The position numbers were made by a program, and so were the translations under genes. The notes beneath the pieces are model-generated. The model was not told where the DNA came from and made no database searches. It saw nothing but the letters and a program-made list of their open reading frames with translations. A stretch of DNA of 64,000 nucleotides. Source: a virus. Below, in pieces: positions 44,723 through 56,670 of this stretch (its first letter is position 1; each line of letters starts with the position of its first letter). The stretch spans positions 99,338 through 163,337 of IMG/VR virus record IMGVR_UViG_3300045988_122072. One strand, given 5' to 3'.

Positions 44723-47700
44723 AGCTGCAGCAACCAGTGCTACACTTTGTTCAAGATTATTACCAGCAGCCATTAAGGAGCTTGCAGAATCTTGCAGTGC
44801 AGTCGCAATTCCGTCACTTGAGATTGCGAAATTGTTACCAATTTCATTTAACACGTCAACTACGTGCATACTATCTTTTGCGGCATATCCAAACGCCTGA
44901 ATAGTCGAGATAAGTGCCTCAGATGCCTTATCAGCATCAGTAAATTCAGAAACATTCAATAAGACGGCAGTACTCTTGGCGAGTTCTCCAGCTTCTTCAA
45001 TAGAATAACCAAGACGCGCCCAGGTTGCCGCCATATTGGTCAAATCAGATGTGGTTGCACCAACATTTGCTCCAGTCTGAGCCATTGTCTTTAAGAATCT
45101 CGCATATGTTTCATCTGTCTCATCAGTAACCTTTTTAAGTTCTGTTAATGCGGAATCTATATCTTGCACATATTGAGCGCCTTGTTTTATTGCACCCCAT
45201 ATTCTGTAAATGCTACCAAACGAAGCAAGATAAGTCCCTACTTCCTTAAATTTTCCTTTAATGCCATTAATAAAACTCTCAAATCCAGTTTCAACTGGCT
45301 TGATTTTTCCAGGTATAATTTCAACAGCGTTTCCTAACTCTCCCATGATCATTGTCATTTCTTGTACTTCATGCTTGCCAGTTCTTACTTCATAAGTCAT
45401 GGTACGAGTTTCTGCATTAAAGCCCTTAAAATTTGCTCCCTCAACAGAACTTACATAGCTTAACATTGCATTTTTAACAGCATCAATATCTTTTGGATTA
45501 ACATTAGCAAAGAATTTTTGGACATCCAAATCTGCTTGTTGCGAATTAATTTTACGTTGCGCTTCGTCCGCGCCTAACAATGCCTTTTCTGCCTCGGTCG
45601 CTCTATCTGCCAAAAGCTTCAATGCGGCTTGCTCTCCGTCAGAATCAGATAATAGTTTGCCGCTCTGAGCGAGTTCATCTTTTTTTTTCTTCAAAGCGTC
45701 TAAAGCATTAAAATATTCTTTGACAACAGTTACGTCATTAACATTAACGCTTTGATCGTTATATGAACTTAATGCTTGCTTAACATATTCTTCTCTACCA
45801 AGAACTTTTGTGGCGCTATTATATCCATATGCGTCTTTAGACTTCCCAATAATACCATTTCCAAGTTTGACCAATTCTTCTTGCGCAGCTTTTAACTTGT
45901 CAATGTTTTCATCAAGATTATCTGCAGCACTATTTCTAACAGCCTCTTGAGCCGTCCCATATGCCTTCATTGCTTCCTGATAAGCTTGCATTTCTTCGCT
46001 ATCCTTATCAAAGAACCCTTCTTTTTGTCCATCAACAATAGCCTGATTAATTTTATGAATAGAAGCAGTAACATTATCACAAGAATCTTGAAGCTTTTCA
46101 GATTGAATATAAGCAGCGTTAAATGCGTCACTCCAACTCATAATGACACTTGTTATTTTGCCATCAGCATCTACCATATCAAAAGATATCTTATCTTTAA
46201 CGAAATCATATTGGCTAAAATCATATTGGCTATTTTTAGATGTAGCATATTGTTTAGCGTAAGCTTCCATAATAGCTTGGCGATCTGTAAATAGCGTATT
46301 TTCTGAAATCTTATTATCTCCAGATATGATTCTGCCTTCTTTATCAAGCGCCTGATATGCGCTTTGTATCTTCGCATTTTTGGTTAATTCTGTTTGTAGC
46401 TCTTTGACTTTTGACACAGCACTGTCTAGTTTCTGAAGATCAGCATCGGTAATGACAGTTCCATTTTCTCCTTTTGCGCGAATATCCGCCGCTATCTGTT
46501 GTAGCTCTTTAAATTTGTTTGCATATTCTTGGACTTCGATATTATCTGTGCCAAGAATTTTTTGAATATCAGCATAATTCTTATCGTTCCAACTAAGTGC
46601 CTTACCAGCGTCTTTAATTGATCTTTTTGTCCACGCGGAAGTAGAGTCTGGATTAAGGGCGTCCATCTGAGCTTTTGTCAGAGTAGATTTAACCTCTTTA
46701 GTAGTTTCTTCTATTTCTTTTGTACCAATGCCAAGAGCCTCTTTTAGCTTAGACATTTCGGCGGCAATTTCATCAGCAGACAAACCTTTATATTCATTAT
46801 AGAATCCTCGCTCATAAGAAGTAAGCTTTTTACTCTCTAATGTAGCAAATAATGTGCGCATAGCCTGAGTCAATTGATCTGGCAGTGCGCTGTATTCTGT
46901 TGCAATACCGCCCATTGATTTATCATATTCACGATTTAGAATCTGAGAAATAAAATCTCCACCAAACTCTTTGGACAATAAATCTCTAATAACTCCTACA
47001 TAATCTTGTTTAGAAACATTAGTGTCATTATTTAATACACGGTCGTAATAAGACTGGAAATTGGCAATAACATTCCTTAATTTACTGTATTCTTCATCTG
47101 TTATAGAATATTGTTCACCAACATCATGCCCAGTGGAAATGTCGGATATTGACAGCATACCTCCGGCTTCTTTCACAACTCTTTGGAGATATCCATTAAG
47201 CATTCTTGCCATTTCTCCAGAATTTTGAGCGGCAATATCCTCTCCATTCGCAGTAGAGAACATGGCAGTGATAACATCGTTGATTATTGGATATTTTTCT
47301 GCGATATCTAAAGCAGTTCCAAAAGAATCTTTTCCTAAATCTATAGACATCATTTGACGCCCATAAATCATATTATATTTTTTTAAATTATTTTCGTCCG
47401 CAAAATCTGCCAATTGTTCAATATCTGAAAGGGAGAACATTAAATTATTGGTGCCTTTTTTATAAGCATGGGAATGCGTCATAGAATCTATTTCTTGTTC
47501 TATCTTATCAAACGTAACTTGGAACAGATTGCCTACTGCAAACTCAATTGCCTTCCCATCTTTTTCCGTAAAGCCATATTCTACATTTTGTTTTGAAACG
47601 TCTTTGCCATTATCAATTGCATTAGTTAGTGCAAGAATTGCAGTTTTAAATTGCTGGAACGTTTTTACGTTATTAAGCTCTGCGACATCAGTTGCTCTAT

Positions 47701-50700
47701 TTTCTTCATAGCCTAAAAGTTGTCTGGATTTTGCCGTATTAGTGCCTGCCTGTTTAAGTGCAGTAAGTTTATCATTGGCTAGTTTTTCTAATGCCGCAAG
47801 ACGAGCCTCTTGTTCTTTTTTGGTCATTTCAGAAACATCTTTTAATCCAGCAGCCGCAGATTCAGATCCAGCAGTCGCACTTTCAATGCCTTTTTCTATA
47901 GCTTTTTTAGCAACCTCCGATGTCTTCTTGACAACTTGTTCTGCACCAGTCTTGACAGTTTCAGCTATTGGAGTAGAATCAACTTCGCCAATTAATATAT
48001 CAAGATTTTGAATGTCAGAATCTGATCCGCCATACAACTTAGCATATGCTCTATTGCGAGCTTCTGTTATATTAGCAATTTCTTCTTTTGATATACCACC
48101 ATAGGCTTTCTGCTGTTCTATAGATAACTCTGCATCTCTAACTTCTCTTTCCAAAGCTTCTTTAATTCCAAGGAAATATGCATTTTTCTTTCTGTATAGA
48201 TCTGCTAGATTTACGCGGAATCCTTTGCCATCGGTAAATACTTTATCTTCAGCAGTTTCTTCTTCTAAACGAGTAACATCTTCAGAAATTGTACTCATAT
48301 ATGCCGAGATGCTTTCTCCTAACTTTTTATTTACAGAATCATATATTCTCTTACGGAGACTTTTTTCTAATTCATCTGCTTGATTAAAAACGGTACTAAC
48401 TTGCTTACCAAATGCTGTTTCAACTTGATCTTTGCCAGTACCCTTTGTCATTGTCATTCCACTTAATTTTGATTGTAAAATTCCTTTAAGCTGATCATCG
48501 ACAGAATCTTCTCCAAAATTTTCAACCAATAATTTAGCGAAATTGTCATAATAAATATCAAAGAATTTTTGTGTCTTTTTATTAATAATATTTTTAATCT
48601 CTTCTCCATTATTTAACGATGCTCTTTTAACATCAAAAATACCTCTTACACGAGAAATTTCGCTTATCAGCTCATCGTTAGACAAGTCTTCATTCTTTAA
48701 TATTTCTTCTATCGCAGCATTTTCGGCATTATTTATTTTTCTAAGTCTAGACTCTATTGCCTCTTGAATTTCCTGCTCCATAGTTGCCTGAGCAGTGTCC
48801 CATGCAGTTTGATGTAAAGCCACGCCAGCTTCATCATATTTAGACTTAACAAAATTAGAAGCAACATCTTGGTACATATTGTTTATTACTTCAGAAATAC
48901 GATTAGCAATTGCATTTTGAAGCTCATCAACTTTTTCTTGTGCTTTTTCATATAATGACGCCCTATAAGTTCTAAATTCATCTGTAGATGTGTAATTTGA
49001 AACGAACATCTTTTGCAGATTGTCTGCCGCAGATGATTTATTACCATATATAGTAGTAAATCCACCTTGCTCTTTATTGAATGTAAGCTTTTGTGCTTTC
49101 TGAACATCTTTCGTATAATCTCCAAGCTTGCTAATTTGTTCATTATTTCTGATAATGACTTGTTGAAGCTCTTGAATTTTTTTAAGTGCATTAAACTTTT
49201 TCTGCTCAGGGGACAAACTTTCATCAAAAATATTGGATGAGTTAATGCCGTTAATTTCTTTAAGCTTATTATATAACTCTGTTACTTCTGTATTTATAAT
49301 GTTTAAAGCTTGTGTTTTTTCACTAAGAGTTACTGGCGATGCCCCAGATTCCTCAAGCCTATTAATTTCCCGTACAAGTTCAAGCTCTTCGCTCTTTTTT
49401 TGATTATATTCAACTTGCAATTGAGCTACTTGTTTGTTTCTTTCTGCAATTTTTAATTCCTGTTCTGCTTTTTGAACTTGATTGTCTAAAGATTCTCTTT
49501 CTAACTCAATAGACTTTTTTTGTTCTACCAATGGCATCAACGAGGATCTTTGCGATGCAACAGTATCTTCATATTTATTAACAACGCTATTGCCAACTTC
49601 GTATTGTTGTAAAGGAAGTTTTGCCTTTTTAATATACGTACCATATTGCTGAATAATCGAAGAAATATAATTATTGATAACAGAATTTAGATTACTAATA
49701 TCAGCGTTAATTTCTTTTTTTGATCTTGCATTATCAACAGATTCTTTCAAAGCATCTATTTTACGCTGTAAGATTGCCTGAATTTCAGTGCTCCCTTTAT
49801 CATTCGCTTCTTTTAATCTTTGTTTATAATCCTTTAATTCAGCCTTCGCATTATCATAGTTACTTTTTTCATTAAATAATTCCGCTCTTTGCTGTAATAA
49901 AGTTTGTAGCTCTTTTGGGAAAATTTCTAAATTTGATAAATCAAAGTTCTTGCTATTTTTAAATTGTTGAAGGGCATCAATCTGTTGTTTTAAAGAATCA
50001 CGTACATTTTTTGAATTATAAAATGACTGTTTATCCATTCCAGCGAACAAATCTTTCAAATCTGCATCGTTTAACCCTAAATCATTGCTAATATTCATAA
50101 TAGAATCAAATAGGCCGTTTAAACTCTCTTGTGCTGTTTGAATTTGAACTGCGACTTTATCATATTCCGCTGTTCCGGCCTGTTTCCCTTTAAGGATTTT
50201 CTCAAGAGAAGATAAATCCTGCTGCCTTTGTTTGTATTCCTCAATAGTGGTCTGTAACTGTTCAAAAAGATTATCATCAAGTTTCTGTTTTTGTTCTGTA
50301 ACAGATTGCTGAATTTGTCTATTAATTTCCTGCAAAGTAGTCTCTTGTTCTTTTGCTTTTGATTCAAATTCAGAAGAAACTTTTTCTCCCTTTTGAACCT
50401 TAGTATAATTAACAAGTCTACTTTTACTTTGTTCTAACTCATTTTGTTTATCTGCTAATTCAATTTGATATTTAGACAACAATCCCTTATTTTCAGATTC
50501 CTTTGCGGCCGAAATTTTAGATTCAATTTCTTTAATTTCTTTGTCAATCGCTTCTTGTTTTTTTTGCTCAGTAGAAATGGCTTTACTTAAAAGCTCTGGA
50601 GATTCTTCGTATTTTTTATACTGCTTGGAAGTATTTACAGTAGTGGCCAATCTTGATTCTACTTGCTTTTTTGCCTCAAGTAGTTGAATATAATTATCAG

Positions 50701-53700
50701 ATAAGTTTTTCCCTTCAAACTTTAATGTGCTTTTATTTGGAGTTTTGCTCTGATACTTAACCATCAGATCATAAATGTCTTTTTGTTGTTTATAATCTGA
50801 TTTAAGTGATTCTATTTCTGAAGATTCAGAATAAGAAAAAGATTTAACACTATCGAGCACACTTTGTGCTGAAGCAACTCCGTCTCTAGCAACCTGCAGC
50901 TTTTGATTTATTTCTTCTTCTTGCTTTGCGAGTTGAGCAAATTTTTCATCTCTTGCTTTCTTAGCTGCCTCTAATTGTTCAGAACTCTTTTGAATATTTT
51001 CTTCAGCGACAGAAAGCCTTTCTCCCCAATCAATAGAATATTCATCATTTACTTTAATTTGAGACACGTCAAACGGTGCGGGTCTTGGGTTATCTTTTGA
51101 ATAGAATTGGGTTTGCGCACTTAACTTTGCGTTCTTATTCAAAAGATTATTAATCATTCTTAATGCTTTACGTTTTGACGTAGGGGAATCAGATCTGTCT
51201 ATTATCGTAGGTCTATTAATACCTTCATAATAAATATCGGCATTCAGATCAGACAACATATTATTGGAGATACCATAAGCTGTCATTTTACCTTTGCCAT
51301 TTTTCGCACTAGCTATTTTTAGTCCGGCTCCCTTTTCTCCTTTTCCAAGTTGTCCCAATAATGTCTGTCTAGAAATAACAACATTATCACCAGCAACCAT
51401 GCGATTTAACCAACTAACAATATCATTGGCAATTTTTGTAGACGCGTCATCCCCAGAAATTTTAGACATTGCATCAATAGCTGTTCTAAGAGCATCCCCA
51501 TGTATAATTTCTTCAGATGGATTAACCCCAACCATAGAATTTAAAAGAGTTTTTGTATCCTCACTTGCAGTCCCATAAAACTGCTTAAACATGTTTAATA
51601 ATGCAGTATACTCATTGCTCTCGCCTTTGGATAAGCCTTTAGTGGCAATCACTTGTTTGTTGTATTCATTTATATTAGAATATAATGTATTAATTGACTT
51701 CCCAATTTCATCAATATTAGCTTTATATTCTTCAGAAGAAGTTGTAGATTGTAAATCCTTTAAAAAACTACCTAGTTCAGATAACAGCTGCTTAGTGTCA
51801 CCTTTTTCTCCTTTAAGCGAATCAATAACGTCTGCCGTTCTTGCATATTTCTGATAAAACTTTAGCATTTCTGGAGCATTATAGTCTCTATTAATTTTTT
51901 CATTGCCAGAAATTGTAGATAAGCCTAAAGATTTAAACAGAGATTCTAATGTGCCGCTTTTACCAAGTAACGGGGATAATAGAGCAGTTTGATTCTTATA
52001 AGATCCCTTCCATTTACCTGATAGATCGGATAAGTCTGACCCCAAAAGTTCTCCCTTGAATCCGCCTGTCTTAGTATTCTTTTGCAAAAGCCCGGTTAAA
52101 ACATTTCTCACATATTCTTCTGTCATTTTTGACAAATCAGTATCTTCGCCAAAAATATTCTGCAAATAATTCGCCATAGGAGATAGCTTTGCCACTTTTC
52201 CATTTGTCATCTTCACAGTTCTGTCGCTAACTTCTTCACCCTTGGCAATTTTATCATTCATTGCTTTTTGTTTTGAAAGTGACTTATAATATGTCTCTCC
52301 AAAATTTTTAGCAAATGCAGTAAGCTGGGCAACCGTTTTTGACATCAGCACCGCGCTCTTACTATTTTCTGTAGATGCCATTTTCTGATCTCTTGCGGCA
52401 TCCGATTGAGCATCAGCAGCTCCTAAATTTTCAGAAGCAGCTTTAGATTGATCTGACGCGGCGCTTGCTTGAGTATTTGCAGCAGAACTTTGAGTATCAG
52501 CAGCGGATGCACTAGAAGTTGTAACCCCACTACCCAAAACTGGCATTACTCCGCCAGAATAAGTTGCCCCAGAAATGTTTGCAGATATATTAAATGTCTT
52601 ACTATTGAGAACATTTTCAATTTCTCCAATTAAAAACTCGCCATCTACATACAGTTTTAATGGCTGTTCGTTAAATAATGCTTCCATTGCAGAAGTAATA
52701 TTGCTAATATCTTTATTATCAAGTTTTAGCATATTCATCAATTGAGCTTTAATTTCTCTAGCATCCGCTTCAATTGAAGTTCTTGCATCATGAATAGACT
52801 TTTTTAACGATTCTAGTTGTTCTTTTAATTTTGCAGATGGATCTGTTTTTTCGCCTTCGCCTTCTTGTTTACTATCGTCAAACGCTATTGACATCGGGAT
52901 TTTTTTGATTCTTGTCGTTTGTTTAATAATTTTATCAATAAAACCATTAATCTTTTCTACATATGCATCAATTTCTGCATCTGCAGGAACATCAAGCTTT
53001 AATTCTATAGACTTCAGACCTGCTTTTTCAAGCATTTCTTGTAGCTGGCCTGATAATTGTTGCACGGACTCTTTTGCACTATTCAATCTATTTTCTAATT
53101 CAGTTACAACTTTGTCTAAATTAGACCCATATGTACTTATTTCTTCCTTGAATGCCGAGCTGTTAATTCCAAGATCTTTTGATAAACTTCCAGAATATTT
53201 ACGTCCGATTGCTATAATATTTTGAAGAACGTCTCCGAGCTTTTGTAGCTTATCTATAGGAAGATTTTGCAAAAAGTCAACATCGACATCATTCCAGCCA
53301 ACGATTTTATCAAATTCGTCACCTAGCTTGCCGAATTCTTTAACTATATCTTTATTTTTTAAATCAATTGTAATTTCTGGATTTTTTAACTTTGCTAAAA
53401 AGTCTTCCATTTCCTTGCCCTTTTTGGCAAGACCCATATCAGAATTTTTAAATTTATTTACCACATTAATAGCCGCATTAAAAGATGTAACAATCTTATT
53501 TGCAGTCTGTTCTACACTAGTTTGTGTTTTGACTGCATCAACTGTAATATCTTTAAAAAAAGTTTTTCCAGTTGGATGATTACTTTTATATTGTTGTCCA
53601 ATCGTATTATAAAACCCAACAATTTTTGCAGCAAGCCCATCGAACCCTTCACCGGCCTCCGAAAGCTGTGGCATCATGCCCTTAAGATCGGTCAAAGTTT

Positions 53701-54319
53701 GTGCAAGCGCTCTGCTGCTTACGTCCCACCCCTTGTTTGTTGCTTGTGTAAGACCAATCTGAAACTCACTAACCATTTGGGTCAATTGCCCCATTAAAGA
53801 GCTAAGCTTTTCTTTATCGGTTGATTTGCTAATATCATTAATAATGCCTTTAATAGACTCTGCGGTATCCTTAAGTTTACCAGTCGCTCCCTTTTCGTCA
53901 TAAACAAATAGATCTGAAAGTCTGGAAAATAGATCAGACGGAAGTGATTTAACAGTATCACTAAGGCTTGCAAAATTTTCTCTAATATCTTTGATACTTC
54001 CAGAAAGTTTTGCAATATCATCCCTATTTTGCTTTAATCCGTCAAAAATCTTAGGTGCGCTAACGCCGCCTAATTCTCTTTCAAGCTGAAGCAATCTATC
54101 TACAGATTCAACAATGTCCGCAGTTTGCTGTTTTACTTGCTCAAATCCTTTATTCCCTTTATTCTGAATACCAGAGTCAAAACTCTTTTGCGTTGCTTTA
54201 ATTTTTTTATCTAAATTTTCTAAACCATCACTTAATGTTTTTAATTCTTTTTGATAATCTTTATTTAATTCAACAGTAATACCATACGCATATTGCGCAC
54301 TAGGCCCTCTGCTACCCAT
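44723..54319 (-). CDS. Tape measure protein, exon 1 (about 3,199 codons from ATG 54319; track start TTG 54337)
   Basis: GAGGTG lies 8 nt upstream of ATG 54319. About 3,000 aa of Lys/Glu/Gln-rich coiled-coil sequence runs into the first half of the TP901-type TMP core ('TYARFLKTMAQTGANVGATTSDLTNMAATWARLGYSIEEAGE...AISSDGIATALQDSASSLMAAGNNLEQSVALVAAA'). After that the frame decays into IFYGCSYRNI*. Confidence 0.8.
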
Positions 54320-54329
54320 ACTTTTCACC

Positions 54330-54821
54330 TCACCCAATTCTTCTTAATCCTTGTGACTGGAAATAAGAATCCATTTCAAATATATATGTTTCTTCAAATT
54401 TTTCCATTTTTTCTCCAACTGGCGTTCCAATAAAAGTGCCTGAATATCCTGGCCAGCCATGTGCTCCGATAGCAAAATCGCTCATAATAATACCACCAAT
54501 ACCAGAACCCCATCCATCTTTTGCGCCAACATCTCGATTGTACACTTTAGAGAAATCTGCCCCTCTGTCCGTAAATCTTACTCCTGTTTGTATTTTATTT
54601 GCATTCCATAATGTATATGGAGCATAACCATAATCTCTTAAAGTATCTGTTCTTTCGTAATTATCAGAACTATATTCGCTATAATAATTATCCATCCAGC
54701 GCTTTGCCTCTTTCGTAAAATCAACTCTCGCCTTTTTTGCTGCCCCGTTAACAATGCCTCTGGTATTTTTCTCCGTATCTTGCATAATCTTATCAATAAA
54801 AGCTTTCATGGTTGATGCCAT
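54330..54821 (-). CDS. Hypothetical protein upstream of the tape measure gene
   Basis: 163 aa with AAAGGAGCGG upstream. Its stop lies 8-10 nt before the TMP ATG. No family recognised. Confidence 0.5.
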   Translation of the reverse strand: MASTMKAFIDKIMQDTEKNTRGIVNGAAKKARVDFTKEAKRWMDNYYSEYSSDNYERTDTLRDYGYAPYTLWNANKIQTGVRFTDRGADFSKVYNRDVGAKDGWGSGIGGIIMSDFAIGAHGWPGYSGTFIGTPVGEKMEKFEETYIFEMDSYFQSQGLRRIG

Positions 54822-54835
54822 ATTTATCCGCTCCT

Positions 54836-55402
54836 TTACATGGCATTAAGAAATTTTTGCAGTCCTTCTAAATCAGACGCATTTAAATTCATTTGAAAAT
54901 CATTTATCTTGTTTTGAACTGTCTCAATAAGCCCAGATAGAGATCCAGATAATTTTTGAACGCCAGATCCAACAACATTAGAAATATTATTATTATTTTC
55001 AATCATATCTCCATACATCATATTTAATATGTCATTTGTTTTTCTGTAATCATCTTCAAAAGTTGCAATAACAGGGTCTAATAACCCATTCTCACATAAC
55101 ATGTCATACTCTTTATATAAATCAAGCCCACTTGCAGAAAACTCTAGATTCGTATGTGCTTGTAATATTGCAATTGTAAATTGAAAATATTTCTTAAAAG
55201 AATCTACTTTAATGATTCCGAATTCCTCTTCAGTGCATTCTGATAAAACATTATTAACTAAGCGTAATTTATCAATCACAGGAATATAATCCTTAACTTC
55301 CAATGTCTTTTTAATAAAATCAGACATTGCGTTTGCGTTAGTTTTGCTATAAATTTTGCCCTTGTTGGCTTCCATAATCTCTACAAATTTCTCGATTTTC
55401 AT
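54836..55402 (-). CDS. Tail assembly chaperone-like protein
   Basis: 188 aa, acidic. It has the pattern 'Y.P...K..LVN.VL....EE.G....DS....F...I..AHTNLEF' seen in Gram-positive siphophage gpG-like chaperones, and lies two genes upstream of the TMP. The call rests on position and a weak pattern only. Confidence 0.4.
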   Translation of the reverse strand: MKIEKFVEIMEANKGKIYSKTNANAMSDFIKKTLEVKDYIPVIDKLRLVNNVLSECTEEEFGIIKVDSFKKYFQFTIAILQAHTNLEFSASGLDLYKEYDMLCENGLLDPVIATFEDDYRKTNDILNMMYGDMIENNNNISNVVGSGVQKLSGSLSGLIETVQNKINDFQMNLNASDLEGLQKFLNAM

Positions 55403-55446
55403 TGTATAACTCCTCCTAAAATAATTTATTTAATACGGCGTCACCA

Positions 55447-55941
55447 TTAGATTTCGATATCAATATCATTATTTCTCATTCGGTGGAATCCTGCATTAAT
55501 GCAGCAAGCTTCCATTTCATCTTCATATCTATCAATTCCAAATTCATTTTTTGCAAATTCAATACTTTGATTCTTAAGTTCTTCTCTCTTTACTTTCGGC
55601 CCTTGCCTAAATTTAAGTGCAGAACGCCATTGAGTTGGAGCAATAACACGGAACCCAATGTCCATTGCATAACACATACCCATAATAGCCCCTTGCAACT
55701 GACATAATACTTTATATGTTGCTCCATTTCCTCCCTGCATTTGTGTATCTTCTATTACAACTAAACTTGGTTTCTCCATATCAATGACTTCATGTATGCC
55801 CTCATACATTTCTTTAAATCTACTTTGTAAATCTTTATTTTTATGCTTATCTACAAGACCGCTATGATCATATTCGCCATTAATAAACACGCTGTATCCT
55901 GAACGAGTCGTACTTTGATCAAACGCCAATATTACACTCAT
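55447..55941 (-). CDS. RuvC-like Holliday junction resolvase
   Basis: GAGGAGG lies upstream of ATG 55941, an internal Met of the track ORF. 'ILAFDQSTTRSGYSV' carries the first catalytic Asp, 'PSLVVIEDTQ' the Glu/Asp, and 'MEACCINAGF' is C-terminal. About 164 aa, typical of the lactococcal-phage RuvC type. Confidence 0.7.
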   Translation of the reverse strand: MSVILAFDQSTTRSGYSVFINGEYDHSGLVDKHKNKDLQSRFKEMYEGIHEVIDMEKPSLVVIEDTQMQGGNGATYKVLCQLQGAIMGMCYAMDIGFRVIAPTQWRSALKFRQGPKVKREELKNQSIEFAKNEFGIDRYEDEMEACCINAGFHRMRNNDIDIEI

Positions 55942-56036
55942 ATAACTCCTCCTCATCATCATTACAAATTTCCGTAAACCTACATTACGAGTTGCAAACT
56001 TACGCAAACCTATAATGCAACTCCTTTTATCCTTTT

Positions 56037-56060
56037 AAAAAAGGGGAGCATAAGCTCCCC
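56037..56060 (-). terminator. Rho-independent terminator after the lysis cassette
   Basis: On the minus strand: GGGGAGC-UUAU-GCUCCCC (56060-56043) followed by UUUUUU (56042-37), starting 6 nt after the holin stop. Confidence 0.75.
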
Positions 56061-56065
56061 TAATA

Positions 56066-56395
56066 TTACCATTCAACTTTAGTTCTTAACTCAGTAACAG
56101 CCGCCTTAATATAAGCAGTTAGTTCCTCATCAGAAATTGTAATGCCCTTCTTTGCCAAAGCCTTCTTTGCTTCATTCCATGCATATTCTGCCTTAGTAAG
56201 ACCGAGTTTTTCAAGGTCGCCAGTAATCTGCAACTCCTGTGCGGCACTTACAACCTGTGATGCAATCTCAATGGCTGTCTTTATTTTCTCATTCTTTAGC
56301 TTAGTGTTAATCCAAGGAATAACGAATGTGGTAATGACAGTACTCAATAGACCAATTAATGCGATAACAATCTTAGTAATATCAACAGATCCCAT
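56066..56395 (-). CDS. Holin, LL-H family-like (N-terminal TM plus soluble tail)
   Basis: 109 aa. TM segment 'IVIALIGLLSTVITTFVIPWI'. The tail 'GLTKAEYAWNEAKKALAKKGITISDEELTAYIKAAV' matches the LL-H holin pattern. Confidence 0.6.
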   Translation of the reverse strand: MGSVDITKIVIALIGLLSTVITTFVIPWINTKLKNEKIKTAIEIASQVVSAAQELQITGDLEKLGLTKAEYAWNEAKKALAKKGITISDEELTAYIKAAVTELRTKVEW

Positions 56396-56411
56396 AATAT
56401 CTCCTCCTCGC

Positions 56412-56669
56412 TTAATACTGATCCTTAAATGTATCTTCTGTCGGTTCTATGCCATATTTTTGCATTAGCTTAATCTTATTTTCTGCCTTTGCTTTGGCAT
56501 AATAAAAACCCGTCCCAGTCGCTACCTCACCCGCAACAGACGGGATTAAATAGCATAATGGGGACAGGTCTCGTGTAATGGCGATCATTGCGCAAGAAAA
56601 CCCAACGACAAGTATGTTAATAATAGCGGCAACAATAAGAATCTTTTTTGAAAATTCCATTTTCAACAC
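56412..56669 (-). CDS. Holin-like small membrane protein (2 TM)
   Basis: 85 aa. Two hydrophobic segments are followed by the charged tail 'YYAKAKAENKIKLMQKYG'. It lies immediately after the endolysin gene. Confidence 0.55.
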   Translation of the reverse strand: MLKMEFSKKILIVAAIINILVVGFSCAMIAITRDLSPLCYLIPSVAGEVATGTGFYYAKAKAENKIKLMQKYGIEPTEDTFKDQY

Positions 56670-56670
56670 C

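Noticed and set aside
34820-54021. Many 60-115-aa ORFs in the track lie antisense to or out of frame within the giant TMP exons, for example 34820..35044(+), 36038..36367(+), 41901..42218(+), 45947..46294(+), 51294..51578(+), 50119..50415(-) and 48886..49227(-).
   Set aside because: They are fully embedded in a much longer ORF with clear protein signatures. They have no RBS or promoter context and show low-complexity, stop-poor shadow-frame composition. I treated them as shadow ORFs. The same reasoning applies to the antisense ORFs inside nifS, the HD protein, rnlA, ligA, nrdJ, Tal, the fibres and the endolysin.
54330-55402. A programmed -1 frameshift (gpG/gpGT-type) between the two ORFs upstream of the tape measure gene.
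   Set aside because: The ORFs are separated by a 14-nt gap. The second has its own strong RBS (AAAGGAGCGG) and ATG. I saw no slippery heptamer at the end of the first ORF, so there is no sequence support for frameshifting here.
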